DNA of 64,000 bases from an uncultured Gammaproteobacteria bacterium (GCA_964276105.1 CAXYEE010000026.1:247-64246); one strand, 5' to 3'. Numbered from the stretch's first letter, positions 9,662 through 18,959 are shown. Notes: generated from the sequence alone by a model not told the origin. Program-made: numbers and translations.

Positions 9662-10066
9662 TTAGTCTCTACCGGGTGTTCTCCAGTTGAGCAGCGTGCC
9701 GTCTTCTTTGGTGATAGTTTGCCACATGGCTGCTGGACGTCCATCACGCATAGGATTTCCTGTAATAGTTATTTTTGCTCCTGGGGGAAGATCGCCTTTT
9801 CGCACACCACCATGCATCATGTCTTGTGGTCCTTCACCTTCAAATCCCCATGTAGTGATGGTTCCATCATTATTTTCAATGTCTACAATTAACCAGGAAT
9901 GGGGATTAATATATCGGAATTCTTTAACTGTACCAATCAATGTAATGATTTCATCTCTATTAAACATTTCTGCAGAGTGGTGTGCAGAAATTGGAGCTGA
10001 AATACAAACAAATCCAATCAATGTGTAAAGAAGGAGCTGTAAGTTTTTTAAGCATATTTTTTTCAT
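9662..10066 (-). CDS. Small exported His-His protein (DUF6152-like); function unknown
   Basis: The track ORF starts at GTG 10075, overlapping the upstream stop as GTGA. The ATG at 10066 lies 8 nt after GGAG and gives MKKICLKNLQLLLYTLIGFVCISAPISA|HHSAEMFNRDEIITLIGTVKEFRYINPHSWLIVDIENNDG. A signal peptide with an AxA-type site would leave His-His at the mature N-terminus. Confidence 0.85.
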   Translation of the reverse strand: MKKICLKNLQLLLYTLIGFVCISAPISAHHSAEMFNRDEIITLIGTVKEFRYINPHSWLIVDIENNDGTITTWGFEGEGPQDMMHGGVRKGDLPPGAKITITGNPMRDGRPAAMWQTITKEDGTLLNWRTPGRD

Positions 10067-10071
10067 AAGGA

Positions 10072-10998
10072 TCACTCCACGACTTGTTGGTCATCCATGT
10101 CGGTGAAATCAAAATCAAGAAATGTTGTTCCGCCATCTTCCGTTTCTATAACAATATTATTTTGACTCTGGCAGTTCCACCAGTACTCTAAACGTAGAGG
10201 CGAACCTTCTTCCTGATGCATCTGATTATAGGTCTGTCGTGTGTACCATGGAGTTTCAAGTGCTTCAGTGTCATAAAGCCAGACATCGGCCTGAATTTTA
10301 CCATCATCAGTTTTTTGCCAAATCTCAATGCTTTCTAAGGCGGTACTTAAATAAGGTTGCAGCCTTCCGGTCCAGCCTCCGTTCGTATACATCGTGTGTG
10401 TGATAAGTGTGTGACCATCCCAAAACCCGATTGAGTCGCCATGCTCGGTCTCATAAGCCCAGTCCTCTGGCGTATGGCCTCGACCATCTGTATAGATCCG
10501 GCGTACTTCGTTTCGAGCCTGACCTAAATGCCAGGTCTGATGTGGCGTGACCGCAAACTCATGAGGCCGTCCATTTTTAAGCATTCCTGGATAACCCCGG
10601 GCTTGACCGCAACCTGCATGGGGGTCCCAAATCCGCCCTTGTTGAGCGTTCGCAAGTATTTCATTAAACATCTCGGCATACTCGCCTTTAAGGGCGGCGG
10701 TGGTTTGTCGACCAACTTGATCCGTATCGAACCATCGGGGGACGGGACCTTCTCGTTCCCATAACCCACTCCAGTCAGGAACTTCATCAAGAGATAAGGT
10801 TGTATCCTCTGACTCGGCTTCAAGCGCTTTATAAAACTCCCATGCTGACTCGTACTGCAGGCCTATTTCGATCATTCGTTTTTTTGTTTCTAGCCAACTC
10901 TCCGGATAGGCGTTTTTCTGAGAGAAAACAAGCGGAGGTATAAGGGAGCAAGTAAAAATTATTATTGAGCAGTAGGTTTTTAGAGAAAGATTGGTCAT
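10072..10998 (-). CDS. Exported protein of the GxSxGxW[ED]G domain family (paralogue A); function unknown
   Basis: 308 aa with a hydrophobic N-terminal signal (YCSIIIFTCSLIPPLVFSQ). It carries the same conserved blocks as 8693-9652. Its stop lies within 10 nt of the start of the small His-His gene, or overlaps it. Confidence 0.85.
   Translation of the reverse strand: MTNLSLKTYCSIIIFTCSLIPPLVFSQKNAYPESWLETKKRMIEIGLQYESAWEFYKALEAESEDTTLSLDEVPDWSGLWEREGPVPRWFDTDQVGRQTTAALKGEYAEMFNEILANAQQGRIWDPHAGCGQARGYPGMLKNGRPHEFAVTPHQTWHLGQARNEVRRIYTDGRGHTPEDWAYETEHGDSIGFWDGHTLITHTMYTNGGWTGRLQPYLSTALESIEIWQKTDDGKIQADVWLYDTEALETPWYTRQTYNQMHQEEGSPLRLEYWWNCQSQNNIVIETEDGGTTFLDFDFTDMDDQQVVE
10087..10889. repeat. 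Copy 2 of the ~800-bp direct duplication
   Basis: See copy 1. The offset is 1379 nt at the left end and 1382 nt at the right end. Confidence 0.95.
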
Positions 10999-11206
10999 AT
11001 TAAATAGTGTTTCATAAGTATTATTATTATTAATAAAGGGGATGTTGAGTACAAGACCCTATCAGACGAGTATTATCGAGTAATGGGTGTAACACCTCTC
11101 ATACTTATCTTAAAGTTTGGCGACGGCAAACCCGTAATATTATCTTCACAATAGGCAGTTAGAATCGCGCAATCTACTGCTAACAAGCAAAATCAGAGAG
11201 TTGGCT

Positions 11207-11881
11207 ATGGGAAACTATATAAGTAAGATTTTCGGGACTTCTCCCGTTGGGCCAATCCAGCAACACATGGATACGTGCTACAAGTGTACTAAGGAACTCA
11301 TTGTGTTCTTCGAATTAGTATTAAGAGAGGATTGGGACCAAGTCGAATTAGCCAGAACCCGCATCGTGAATTTAGAGCACAAAGCTGACGATTTAAAGAA
11401 ACAGTTACGAGCCCAGCTTCCAAAGAGTCTTTTTATGCCAGTACCCCGGCAAGACCTGCTGGAACTGCTGTTGGTTCAAGACCATATTGCAAATCTTGTC
11501 CGTGACGTTTCTGGCCTCGTTCTTGGCCGACGGATGATCATTCCAGAAGTGATGCAGAAAGATTTCCTCTCTTTCGTGAGTCGTAATGTAGACGCTGCTG
11601 AGAAGGCACGAAAAAGCATAAGGGAGTTGGATGAGCTTTATGAAACTGGGTTTCGTGGTGCTGAGGCAGAACTGGTTACGGCACTTGTTCAAGAGCTCGA
11701 TCAGATCGAAGACGATACCGATGCTATGCAGGCAAAGATTCGGGCAGAGTTATTTGCAATTGAGAAGGACTTGCCTCCGATAGATGTAATTTTCCTCTAT
11801 CGGATTATTGAGCTCACTGGCGGAATCGGTGATATGGCTGAGCGTATTGGGCGACGCCTAGAAGTTCTTTTGTCACATTAA
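11207..11881 (+). CDS. DUF47/TIGR00153-family protein (PhoU-like phosphate transport regulator partner of PiT)
   Basis: The track ORF starts at TTG 11201, with an ATG at 11207. It is helical and ~224 aa, ending IELTGGIGDMAERIGRRLEVLLSH. It lies 12 nt upstream of a PiT transporter gene, the conserved pairing. Confidence 0.8.
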   Translation: MGNYISKIFGTSPVGPIQQHMDTCYKCTKELIVFFELVLREDWDQVELARTRIVNLEHKADDLKKQLRAQLPKSLFMPVPRQDLLELLLVQDHIANLVRDVSGLVLGRRMIIPEVMQKDFLSFVSRNVDAAEKARKSIRELDELYETGFRGAEAELVTALVQELDQIEDDTDAMQAKIRAELFAIEKDLPPIDVIFLYRIIELTGGIGDMAERIGRRLEVLLSH

Positions 11882-11893
11882 AAGAGGCGATAA

Positions 11894-13147
11894 ATGGAGC
11901 ATCAAGTAATTTATTTGACCCTTGCGGCTGTTTTTGGCCTGTATATGGCATGGGGTATAGGTGCCAACGACGTCGCCAACGCAATGGCGACATCGATAGG
12001 GTCCGGTGCGCTGACTATAAGATCAGCATTGGTTGTTGCCGCGGTATTCGAGTTTGCGGGCGCCGTGCTTGCCGGCGGCGAGGTTACTTCTACGGTCCGT
12101 CGAGGAATCGTGGATTCTTCTTACGTAATAAACGAGCCGCAGACCTTAATATATGGAATGCTTGCTGCATTGCTTGCGGCAGGAACGTGGTTACTGATTG
12201 CGTCTCGTAAGGGATGGCCAGTATCGACAACCCATTCTATTGTTGGTGCCATTGTCGGCTTCGCCATTGTTGCTTTAGGTGTTGATTCAGTCGAGTGGCC
12301 GCAGGTGTTCACGATTATTGCAAGCTGGATTGCATCGCCATTGACAGCCGGTGTGATCGCGTACTTTATATTCAATTCGATTCATTGGCTTATTTTGGTG
12401 CGACCAGATCCTTTGCATCGTGCGCGCCTCTACGCTCCTCTGTATATCTTCGTCACAGTAACGCTCATCTCGCTGGTGACTATGTTTAAGGGCCTGAGCC
12501 ACGTCGGCCTCACGCTATCAACTGGAGAGAGCTACTCTATTGCACTGGCATTCGGTGCTGTTATCGCATTTATCGGTCGCTGGTTCGTGCTTCGTATCCC
12601 CATAGATGAGAAAGCGGATCGACAATTCCACTTCGCCACAGTAGAACGTGTTTTCGCTGTTCTTATGGTTATTACGGCTTGTAGTATGGCGTTTGCACAT
12701 GGTTCGAATGATGTAGCTAACGCCATTGGCCCTGTTGCCGCAGTAGTAAGTATCGCCCAGAGCGGCATCGTCGGACAGGACTCGCCTGTGCCGATATGGA
12801 TTCTGCTAATGGGTGGTGCCGGTATCGTAATTGGATTGGGAACTTTTGGTCGGCACGTTATCGCGACTGTCGGTGCACGGATTACCGCTCTAACTCCAAC
12901 GCGGGGGTTCTCGGCGGAACTGGCTGCGGCATTTACAATCGTGTTTGCGTCGGGCACAGGTATGCCGGTATCTACCACTCACGTATTGGTGGGCGCTGTC
13001 CTAGGCGTTGGCATGGCCCGAGGTATGACATCTATTAATTTGGCTGTGGTGGGTAGGATTTTTGTTTCCTGGGTCGTTACAATTCCAGCGGGAGCACTGT
13101 TAGCGGTTTGTTTCTTCTATTTGCTCCGGTGGCTACTGCCTATTTAA
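11894..13147 (+). CDS. pitA: Inorganic phosphate transporter, PiT family
   Basis: 417 aa and polytopic, with the duplicated PiT signature GANDVANAMATSIGSGAL and GSNDVANAIGPVAAV. Confidence 0.9.
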   Translation: MEHQVIYLTLAAVFGLYMAWGIGANDVANAMATSIGSGALTIRSALVVAAVFEFAGAVLAGGEVTSTVRRGIVDSSYVINEPQTLIYGMLAALLAAGTWLLIASRKGWPVSTTHSIVGAIVGFAIVALGVDSVEWPQVFTIIASWIASPLTAGVIAYFIFNSIHWLILVRPDPLHRARLYAPLYIFVTVTLISLVTMFKGLSHVGLTLSTGESYSIALAFGAVIAFIGRWFVLRIPIDEKADRQFHFATVERVFAVLMVITACSMAFAHGSNDVANAIGPVAAVVSIAQSGIVGQDSPVPIWILLMGGAGIVIGLGTFGRHVIATVGARITALTPTRGFSAELAAAFTIVFASGTGMPVSTTHVLVGAVLGVGMARGMTSINLAVVGRIFVSWVVTIPAGALLAVCFFYLLRWLLPI

Positions 13148-13317
13148 ATGTGTCGAAAGGGCACCGGATGTTTATAGACGAGCACAAAAAAACTAGCTCT
13201 AAGAGGTGCTCAGACAAGTTTTCTCTATAATCTTGGTATGAGTCCTAACCAAATTTTCAATAGATTATTTTCATGCATTTTAGGATTATTTCTAAACGCT
13301 ATCTCTCCAAGATGAAA

Positions 13318-13346
13318 ATCAAGCCGGATATAATATCCGGCTTGAT
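13318..13346. terminator. Bidirectional stem-loop between convergent pit and ppi genes
   Basis: ATCAAGCCGGATAT-A-ATATCCGGCTTGAT is a perfect 14-nt inverted repeat flanked by A-rich and T-rich sequence. Confidence 0.6.
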
Positions 13347-13385
13347 ATCTAGAAATAATTTCCTCTGTGCTATAGCAACTATTTT

Positions 13386-13868
13386 TTAGTCGGAAACGGT
13401 GACACTCATCATTGTGTCACCCTGTTCGATAGCGTCAACAACATCCTCTCCGGCTATGACTTTTCCGAAAACGGTGTGCTTGCCATCTAGGTGTGGTGTA
13501 GGCAAGTGTGTAATGAAAAATTGACTACCATTGGTATTTGGACCTGCATTGGCCATTGAGATGACACAGCGTTCATGTGTTAGGGGATTGTCGTTGCATT
13601 CATCAGCGAACCGATAGCCAGGGCCTCCGCTTCCTGTTCCGGTCGGGTCACCACCCTGAATCATAAAATTCGGTATCACACGATGAAACAATACGCCGTC
13701 GTAGAAACCTTGGCCTGCCAGGTACAAGAAGTTGTTCACTGTTTGCGGCGCATGCTGTGGATATAACTCAAGTTCAATGGTGCCGCGATTAGTTGTAATA
13801 GAGACAGAATAATTTTTCATCTCGTCGATGTGCATTTCTGGCGGCAAATCCCATTGTTTTATGGACAT
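13386..13868 (-). CDS. ppiB: Peptidyl-prolyl cis-trans isomerase, cyclophilin type
   Basis: 160 aa with [41 protein letters not shown] and [11 protein letters not shown]. Confidence 0.9.
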   Translation of the reverse strand: MSIKQWDLPPEMHIDEMKNYSVSITTNRGTIELELYPQHAPQTVNNFLYLAGQGFYDGVLFHRVIPNFMIQGGDPTGTGSGGPGYRFADECNDNPLTHERCVISMANAGPNTNGSQFFITHLPTPHLDGKHTVFGKVIAGEDVVDAIEQGDTMMSVTVSD

Positions 13869-14192
13869 TTGATGACTCCTAGGTTTTTAGTTGGATATCG
13901 GGACATATGGTGTTTCCGATAAAAGGTCAAAAGGTGAATCTCACACGCTTAAAGTATTTGGTCGACGCATTATATCGAAAACCTTTTTTAACCTTATGCC
14001 AAACGCAGTTAGTTGAAGATTATCTATGAATTTTAACTGAAATGGTTACTTTTTTTATGTTGTTTATTCTAAAATGATATTGGATAAATATAATCCATTG
14101 TGATGAATTATTATCTTAATAATAAAGCTAGTAACCGTTATTGAAATTGTATTGTTAGCTCACTTATTTGATTTGGTTGATAGGAGTTGCTT

Positions 14193-15816
14193 ATGCGACT
14201 AATAGTCCGTATTCGGTTTTTTCTCGTTTTAATTGTTATTTGTCCTACTATGGTTCTATCTCAGGTGCCTGACCTTATTCTCTACAACGGTAAGATTTTA
14301 ACTGTTAATGAAGAATTTTCTATCGCTAGTGCTATTGCGATTAGAGATGAAAGAATCCTTGCTGTTGGAGATGACGCTATGATTCTTGATCTAGCAGATA
14401 CACTGACTGAGCAGATTAATCTAATTGGAAAAACTGTAATTCCTGGCCTGATAGATAACCATATTCACTATCTACGTGGAACTAATTTTGCTGCATACGA
14501 AACGCGAATTCATGGAGTGAACTCACGCGCCGAAGTGATGTCAAGAATCACCGAAAGAGCTGAAGAACTTGGGCCTGCAGAGTGGGTCTTTATTATCGGT
14601 GGTTGGAATGAGCAGCAGTTCGCCGACAAGCAGGGCGGCTTTACTCGTGAAGAGCTTGATGCAGCGGCTCCAGACAATCCGGTATTTATTCAGAGGAACT
14701 ATACGATCTTCTACATGAACTCACTGGCTGAGGAGATACTGGGGCCTCAACTTGGAAGTTTTTATACCGGCGATTCAGTTGTCAGGACTGATTATCGAGA
14801 CGGACGTACCGTGATGTATGCAGCGCTTGAATATTTTCCTTTTGCAGAAACTCTCGAAGAACGTTTGGTAGAGGTAAAAGCATTTAATGCATATTTAAAC
14901 AGTATGGGTGTGACGACCGTTTATGACGTTGGTTACCTTGACGGATCCTATGATCCAGTAACAGCACTATACGAAGAGGGTGAACTCGATCTGCGTGTTT
15001 TCTATGCTTTACGTTACTGGGCCGATTCACCGCGTACGGCTATTGCCGCAGCGGAATTACTTGATCGCGAGGCGCCATTCCAGCGTGATGACCGTTACGG
15101 TATGCACGGTATTGGCGAACACGTTTACGGTTTGCTGCATGACATGGTAGGCGAAAGGACATCCGAACCGTTTTTGCAAAATATTTATGACGATTTTCAT
15201 GTAATTGCACTCTCTGCTGCAAAAAACGGTTGGCAGGTAAACGAACATGCGATGCAAGATCTCACGGCATCAAAAATGATAAAGATATCAGAGGAAATCA
15301 GTGAACAGTATCCGATGCAAGATTTGCGTTGGACGCTTGGGCATGTAGATCTGATTAGTAAGGAAAGCGTTTGAGCGTGCCAAGAATCTAGGCTGGCACA
15401 TTACCATTGCGAATCACACAATAAAGCCAAGGATTCAAGGTATAGCATCTCCGCCGATCCGTATGATTCAGGATAGCGGGATTCTATGGGGTATGGGCTC
15501 GGATGGTACGATTGTTGCTACCTATAATCCGTTTTACACAATCTGGGAGTACACGGCCGGTAAAATCTTTCCAGATATCATGAAATATGAGAGCAACGAG
15601 GTCATTACGCGAGAAGAAGCCTTGATAGCCCATACACGGTCGAACGCCTATCTCATGTTTATGGAGGATGACCTTGGTACGTTAGAGGTTGGGAAGTATG
15701 CCGACCTTGTTGTGCTAGATAGTGATTATTTGGAAATCCCAGTTGATGACGTTCGTAATATCCAGCCCATAATGACGATGGTAGGTGGCAAGGTCGTTTA
15801 TCGAAGTGCGCCGTAA
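14193..15816 (+). pseudogene. Amidohydrolase (Amidohydro_3 / YtcJ-like metal-dependent hydrolase) interrupted by a 1-nt frameshift
   Basis: ORFs 14187-15374 (VIPGLIDNHIHYLRG ...RWTLGHVDLISKESV*) and 15463-15816 (...GSDG...GKYADLVVLD...) are the N- and C-terminal parts of one enzyme. The second frame is open from 15355 and reads ...FERAKNLGWHITIANHTIKPRIQGIASPPIRMIQDSG. Deleting one A from the AAA run at 15364-15366 joins them into about 540 aa. The likely start is ATG 14193, after AGGAG. Confidence 0.85.
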
Positions 15817-16004
15817 TGCTTTAGCATCTCTAACTACGATCTCTAAAATATTTATAGATACAGCTAGATAATAATATTACAAAATAAAACACATTAAATA
15901 TATTATTTAAATTATTGAAAATTAAAATAATAAGTATCTTTTTCCATGTATTTTTTACACGATTCTGAATCGATATGTAATCTTGTGCGATTTTTCAGTA
16001 AAGC

Positions 16005-16535
16005 TTAATTTGGTAAGACAGCTATCGCTTCAACCTCTAGAATAAAACGCGGATCGGTCGCCAATCTGACAATTTCCACTGTAGTGCTCGCCGGACGATG
16101 ACTAGGACCCCAGTATCGATTCATTACACGATTAATTGCGTCTTGGTTTTCACCAACGTTACGAACGAATCTGGTTACCCGGACTATATCAGTAAGTTGT
16201 CCACCGGCAGCTTCAACCGCCGCCTTAACGCTTTCCATGACACGAATAGTCTGAGCCTCGGGACTGAAGTCAAGATGATCGAACTCCGACGGTATATGAG
16301 GGTGGCTGTGAGGGCTTGGAGCGCCGACCGTACCAGACAGAAATACTATATTGCCTGAACGAACTTGAATCGCAGATGTAAAGGGCATATTTGCACCTGC
16401 GGAAGGCTCGGTACCCGGCAAATGAATGTATTCAAAGGGCTGGTCTGTTCCACTGCATCCGGTAAGCATCGCAGCTAGCATGGTAAAAACTACTGCTCGC
16501 ATGTGATGACTTTTATATAAATCAACCAAATACAT
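16005..16535 (-). CDS. RidA/YjgF/L-PSP family protein with lipoprotein-type signal
   Basis: The track ORF starts at TTG 16553. The ATG at 16535 follows AAGGAG. Lipobox AAMLTGC. The C-terminal region VTRFVRNVGENQDAINRVMNRYWG...STTVEIVRLATDPRFILEVEAIA is typical of the RidA family. Confidence 0.8.
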   Translation of the reverse strand: MYLVDLYKSHHMRAVVFTMLAAMLTGCSGTDQPFEYIHLPGTEPSAGANMPFTSAIQVRSGNIVFLSGTVGAPSPHSHPHIPSEFDHLDFSPEAQTIRVMESVKAAVEAAGGQLTDIVRVTRFVRNVGENQDAINRVMNRYWGPSHRPASTTVEIVRLATDPRFILEVEAIAVLPN

Positions 16536-16557
16536 TGTGAACACTCCTTTCAAAATA

Positions 16558-16918
16558 TGGTGGAGGCGGCGGGAATTGAACCCGCGTCCGTCAAGTGCTC
16601 GCGGCCTTCGGCTCTACATGCTTATTCCGTCTTTAATCTTGCTGAAAGCTACCCGACGGGCAGGGAAAACTCACAGCCAGTCTAGTTAAGTTTTAGCGTT
16701 CAGGCCCTAGACAGTCCATTCCGCGATCTTGTGTGGATGACTCCTGGAACCGGTCGCACAAGCACGAGCCGGGCAGAAGGCTTTAGTCTGTTTTTTAAGC
16801 AGCTAGAGCGTAGTTGTCTTCGTTGGCAACTATATGGTTTGCAGTTGGTTTTACGAGGTGATCTGCTCCTCGGCATGCACCTAAAGATTCACGACCCACG
16901 TCGAAGCCGATCGCCCCC
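16558..16918 (-). ncRNA. ssrA: tmRNA (SsrA), tag peptide ANEDNYALAA
   Basis: On the reverse strand the 5' end reads GGGGGCGATCGGCTTCGACGTGGGTCGTG and the 3' end reads GCGGGTTCAATTCCCGCCGCCTCCACCA, a tRNA-Ala-like acceptor/T-arm. The tag reading frame is GCC AAC GAA GAC AAC TAC GCT CTA GCT GCT TAA at 16827-16795. smpB lies immediately upstream. Confidence 0.95.
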
Positions 16919-17052
16919 TAGATGGTTGATTCTAGTGGTATTGGGCGATATTTCAAAGTTATGAGATATCTTTCATTTGGTGATGGTTGTTATTAAGCCT
17001 GTGGGGCTATGTTGGATTTAGTCCAGTATGTGTATTAGTTTTTATTCTTGCC

Positions 17053-17532
17053 TTATCTATTAACCGCTTTAAGCGCTCGGGCCTTATCCCGTTGCCAGTC
17101 TTGTTTTTTCTTTTCTGAACGTTTGTCGAATTGCTTTTTGCCCTTGGCAAGACCAATAGAAAGCTTTGCTCTACCTCGGTTCCAATAGAGTTCTAGAGGA
17201 ACGAGTGTGTACCCCTTACGATCTACTAGCCCGGACAGCCGATCTATCTCTTTTCGACGCAGTAGTAATTTTCTAGTTCGCGCTGGGTCTGTACTGACAT
17301 GGGTAGATGCAGAGGCTAAAGGTGTAAGGTAGGCTCCTAGTATCCAGACTTCAGCTTTTCGGACGACAACATAGCTTTCAGTTAGTTGTGCTTTACCAGC
17401 TCTCAGGCTTTTAACTTCCCAGCCCTCGAGTGATAGTCCTGCCTCGATCTTTTCCTCAATAAAGAAATCAAATCGCGCTTTTTTATTAAGAGCGATTGAT
17501 GCTGAGGTTTTTTTTGCGTCCTTTCTAGCCAT
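17053..17532 (-). CDS. smpB: SsrA-binding protein SmpB
   Basis: 159 aa with [32 protein letters not shown] and a basic C-terminal tail. Confidence 0.95.
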   Translation of the reverse strand: MARKDAKKTSASIALNKKARFDFFIEEKIEAGLSLEGWEVKSLRAGKAQLTESYVVVRKAEVWILGAYLTPLASASTHVSTDPARTRKLLLRRKEIDRLSGLVDRKGYTLVPLELYWNRGRAKLSIGLAKGKKQFDKRSEKKKQDWQRDKARALKAVNR

Positions 17533-17579
17533 GATCCTCTAATGATCCTAGAATCTACACCAAATTACACGTCAGAGAG

Positions 17580-18959
17580 GTGTTAAAAGTGGTTTCAACT
17601 GGGGCGCAGCGTCGTTCTCTTCATGGTCAATGGTCTTCTCGGCTTACTTTTATTCTGGCTTTGTCAGGTTCTGCTGTCGGATTAGGCAATATATGGAAGT
17701 TTCCCTATATTGCTGGTGTAAACGGTGGAGGAGCATTTGTTCTAGTTTACTTAATATGCGTATTTGGCATTGGCCTACCAATCATGATATCCGAAATTCT
17801 AATTGGGAGGCGTGGTCGTAGGAACCCTGTCAGCACTATGTCCTTCCTAGGAGAGGAAGAAGCTGGGAATAAACATTGGCGTATCGTTGGGCTTCTCGGA
17901 GTTGTGGCAAGTTTTCTGATTCTTTCCTATTACAGTGTAGTTGCCGGATGGGCAGTGGCATATATATTCGAGGCCGGCTCTGGGGCGCTAGTTGGCATAG
18001 ACGCGCAGGGCGCATCTCATAAGTTTGAAGGGTTAACTGGTAACTGGTTTGTTTCTGGGCTCTGGCATACCTTTTTTATCATATTAACCGTGTTTGTAGT
18101 TGCGAGAGGCGTAGAGCATGGCCTGGAAAGAGCTGTTCGTATATTAATGCCTGCTTTGGTTTTTCTCCTTTTGCTTTTATTAGGATATAGCATGATTGAA
18201 GGAAATTTTTCCGAGGCTTTAATTTTTTTATTTGCGCCTAAATTTTCGGATTTATCATCAGAGGGAATTCTTTCTGCTTTAGGACATGCTTTTTTTACCC
18301 TAAGTATTGGTATGGGAGCTGTGATGGCTTACGGAGCGTATCTGTCTAATGAAGCTTCTATTATTAAAACTTCGATAGCAGTTGTAATGATGGATACAAC
18401 AATTGCTATTCTTGCGGGACTTGTAATATTCCCTATCGTTTTTGCGCATGGATTAGATCCGGCTGAAGGACCTGGGCTTATTTTTCAAACAATTCCAATT
18501 GCATTTGGACAGTTGCCAGGTGGAAGGATAATAGCAACAGTATTTTTCTTGTTACTCACATTTGCAGCGTGGACTTCCGGAATTGCATTAATGGAATCTC
18601 CTGTGGCCTGGCTTATGGAAACGACAGGACTGGAGCGCAGGAAAACAGCTATTTTTGTTGGAATGGCAATCTGGATGTTAGGTTTGCTAAGTGTTCTATC
18701 TTTTAATGAACTTAGTGATGTTGAATTATTATGGGGAACATTTTTTGAAAGTTTTGATTATTTGACTGCAAATATTATGTTACCTCTTGGTGGGTTTGCC
18801 ATTGCAATTTTTACAGGTTGGTTTATGTCCGCTAATTCAACTTCCGATGAAATTGATCCTTCTGTAGGTAGCGTCTATCGCATGTGGCGTATATCAGCCC
18901 GTTTTATTGCTCCAGTTGCCGTGTTGCTTATTTTTCTTAATGCCATAGGGATTGTGTGA
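17580..18959 (+). CDS. Sodium-dependent transporter, neurotransmitter:sodium symporter (SNF) family
   Basis: 459 aa and polytopic, with the N-terminal SNF signature WSSRLTFILALSGSAVGLGNIWKFPY. Confidence 0.9.
   Translation: MLKVVSTGAQRRSLHGQWSSRLTFILALSGSAVGLGNIWKFPYIAGVNGGGAFVLVYLICVFGIGLPIMISEILIGRRGRRNPVSTMSFLGEEEAGNKHWRIVGLLGVVASFLILSYYSVVAGWAVAYIFEAGSGALVGIDAQGASHKFEGLTGNWFVSGLWHTFFIILTVFVVARGVEHGLERAVRILMPALVFLLLLLLGYSMIEGNFSEALIFLFAPKFSDLSSEGILSALGHAFFTLSIGMGAVMAYGAYLSNEASIIKTSIAVVMMDTTIAILAGLVIFPIVFAHGLDPAEGPGLIFQTIPIAFGQLPGGRIIATVFFLLLTFAAWTSGIALMESPVAWLMETTGLERRKTAIFVGMAIWMLGLLSVLSFNELSDVELLWGTFFESFDYLTANIMLPLGGFAIAIFTGWFMSANSTSDEIDPSVGSVYRMWRISARFIAPVAVLLIFLNAIGIV

Noticed and set aside
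9687-10028. 113-aa plus-strand ORF opposite the small His-His gene
   Set aside because: The minus-strand frame is conserved in four paralogues within the window. The plus-strand frame has no counterpart at the other three loci.
10999-11206. Pho box upstream of the DUF47-PiT pair
   Set aside because: The best candidate, CTCTCATACTTATCTTAA, matches only one half-site of the CTGTCAT-N4-CTGTCAT consensus. That is too weak to report.
11950-13038. Seven overlapping alternative-frame and antisense ORFs (60-148 aa) inside the PiT gene
   Set aside because: They are Arg/Cys/Gly-rich translations typical of off-frame reading through GC-rich coding DNA. The PiT frame has the family signatures, and these ORFs have none.
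16731-16964. 77-aa plus-strand ORF in the track
   Set aside because: It lies antisense to and entirely over the tmRNA gene (16558-16918). The tmRNA identification is far better supported.
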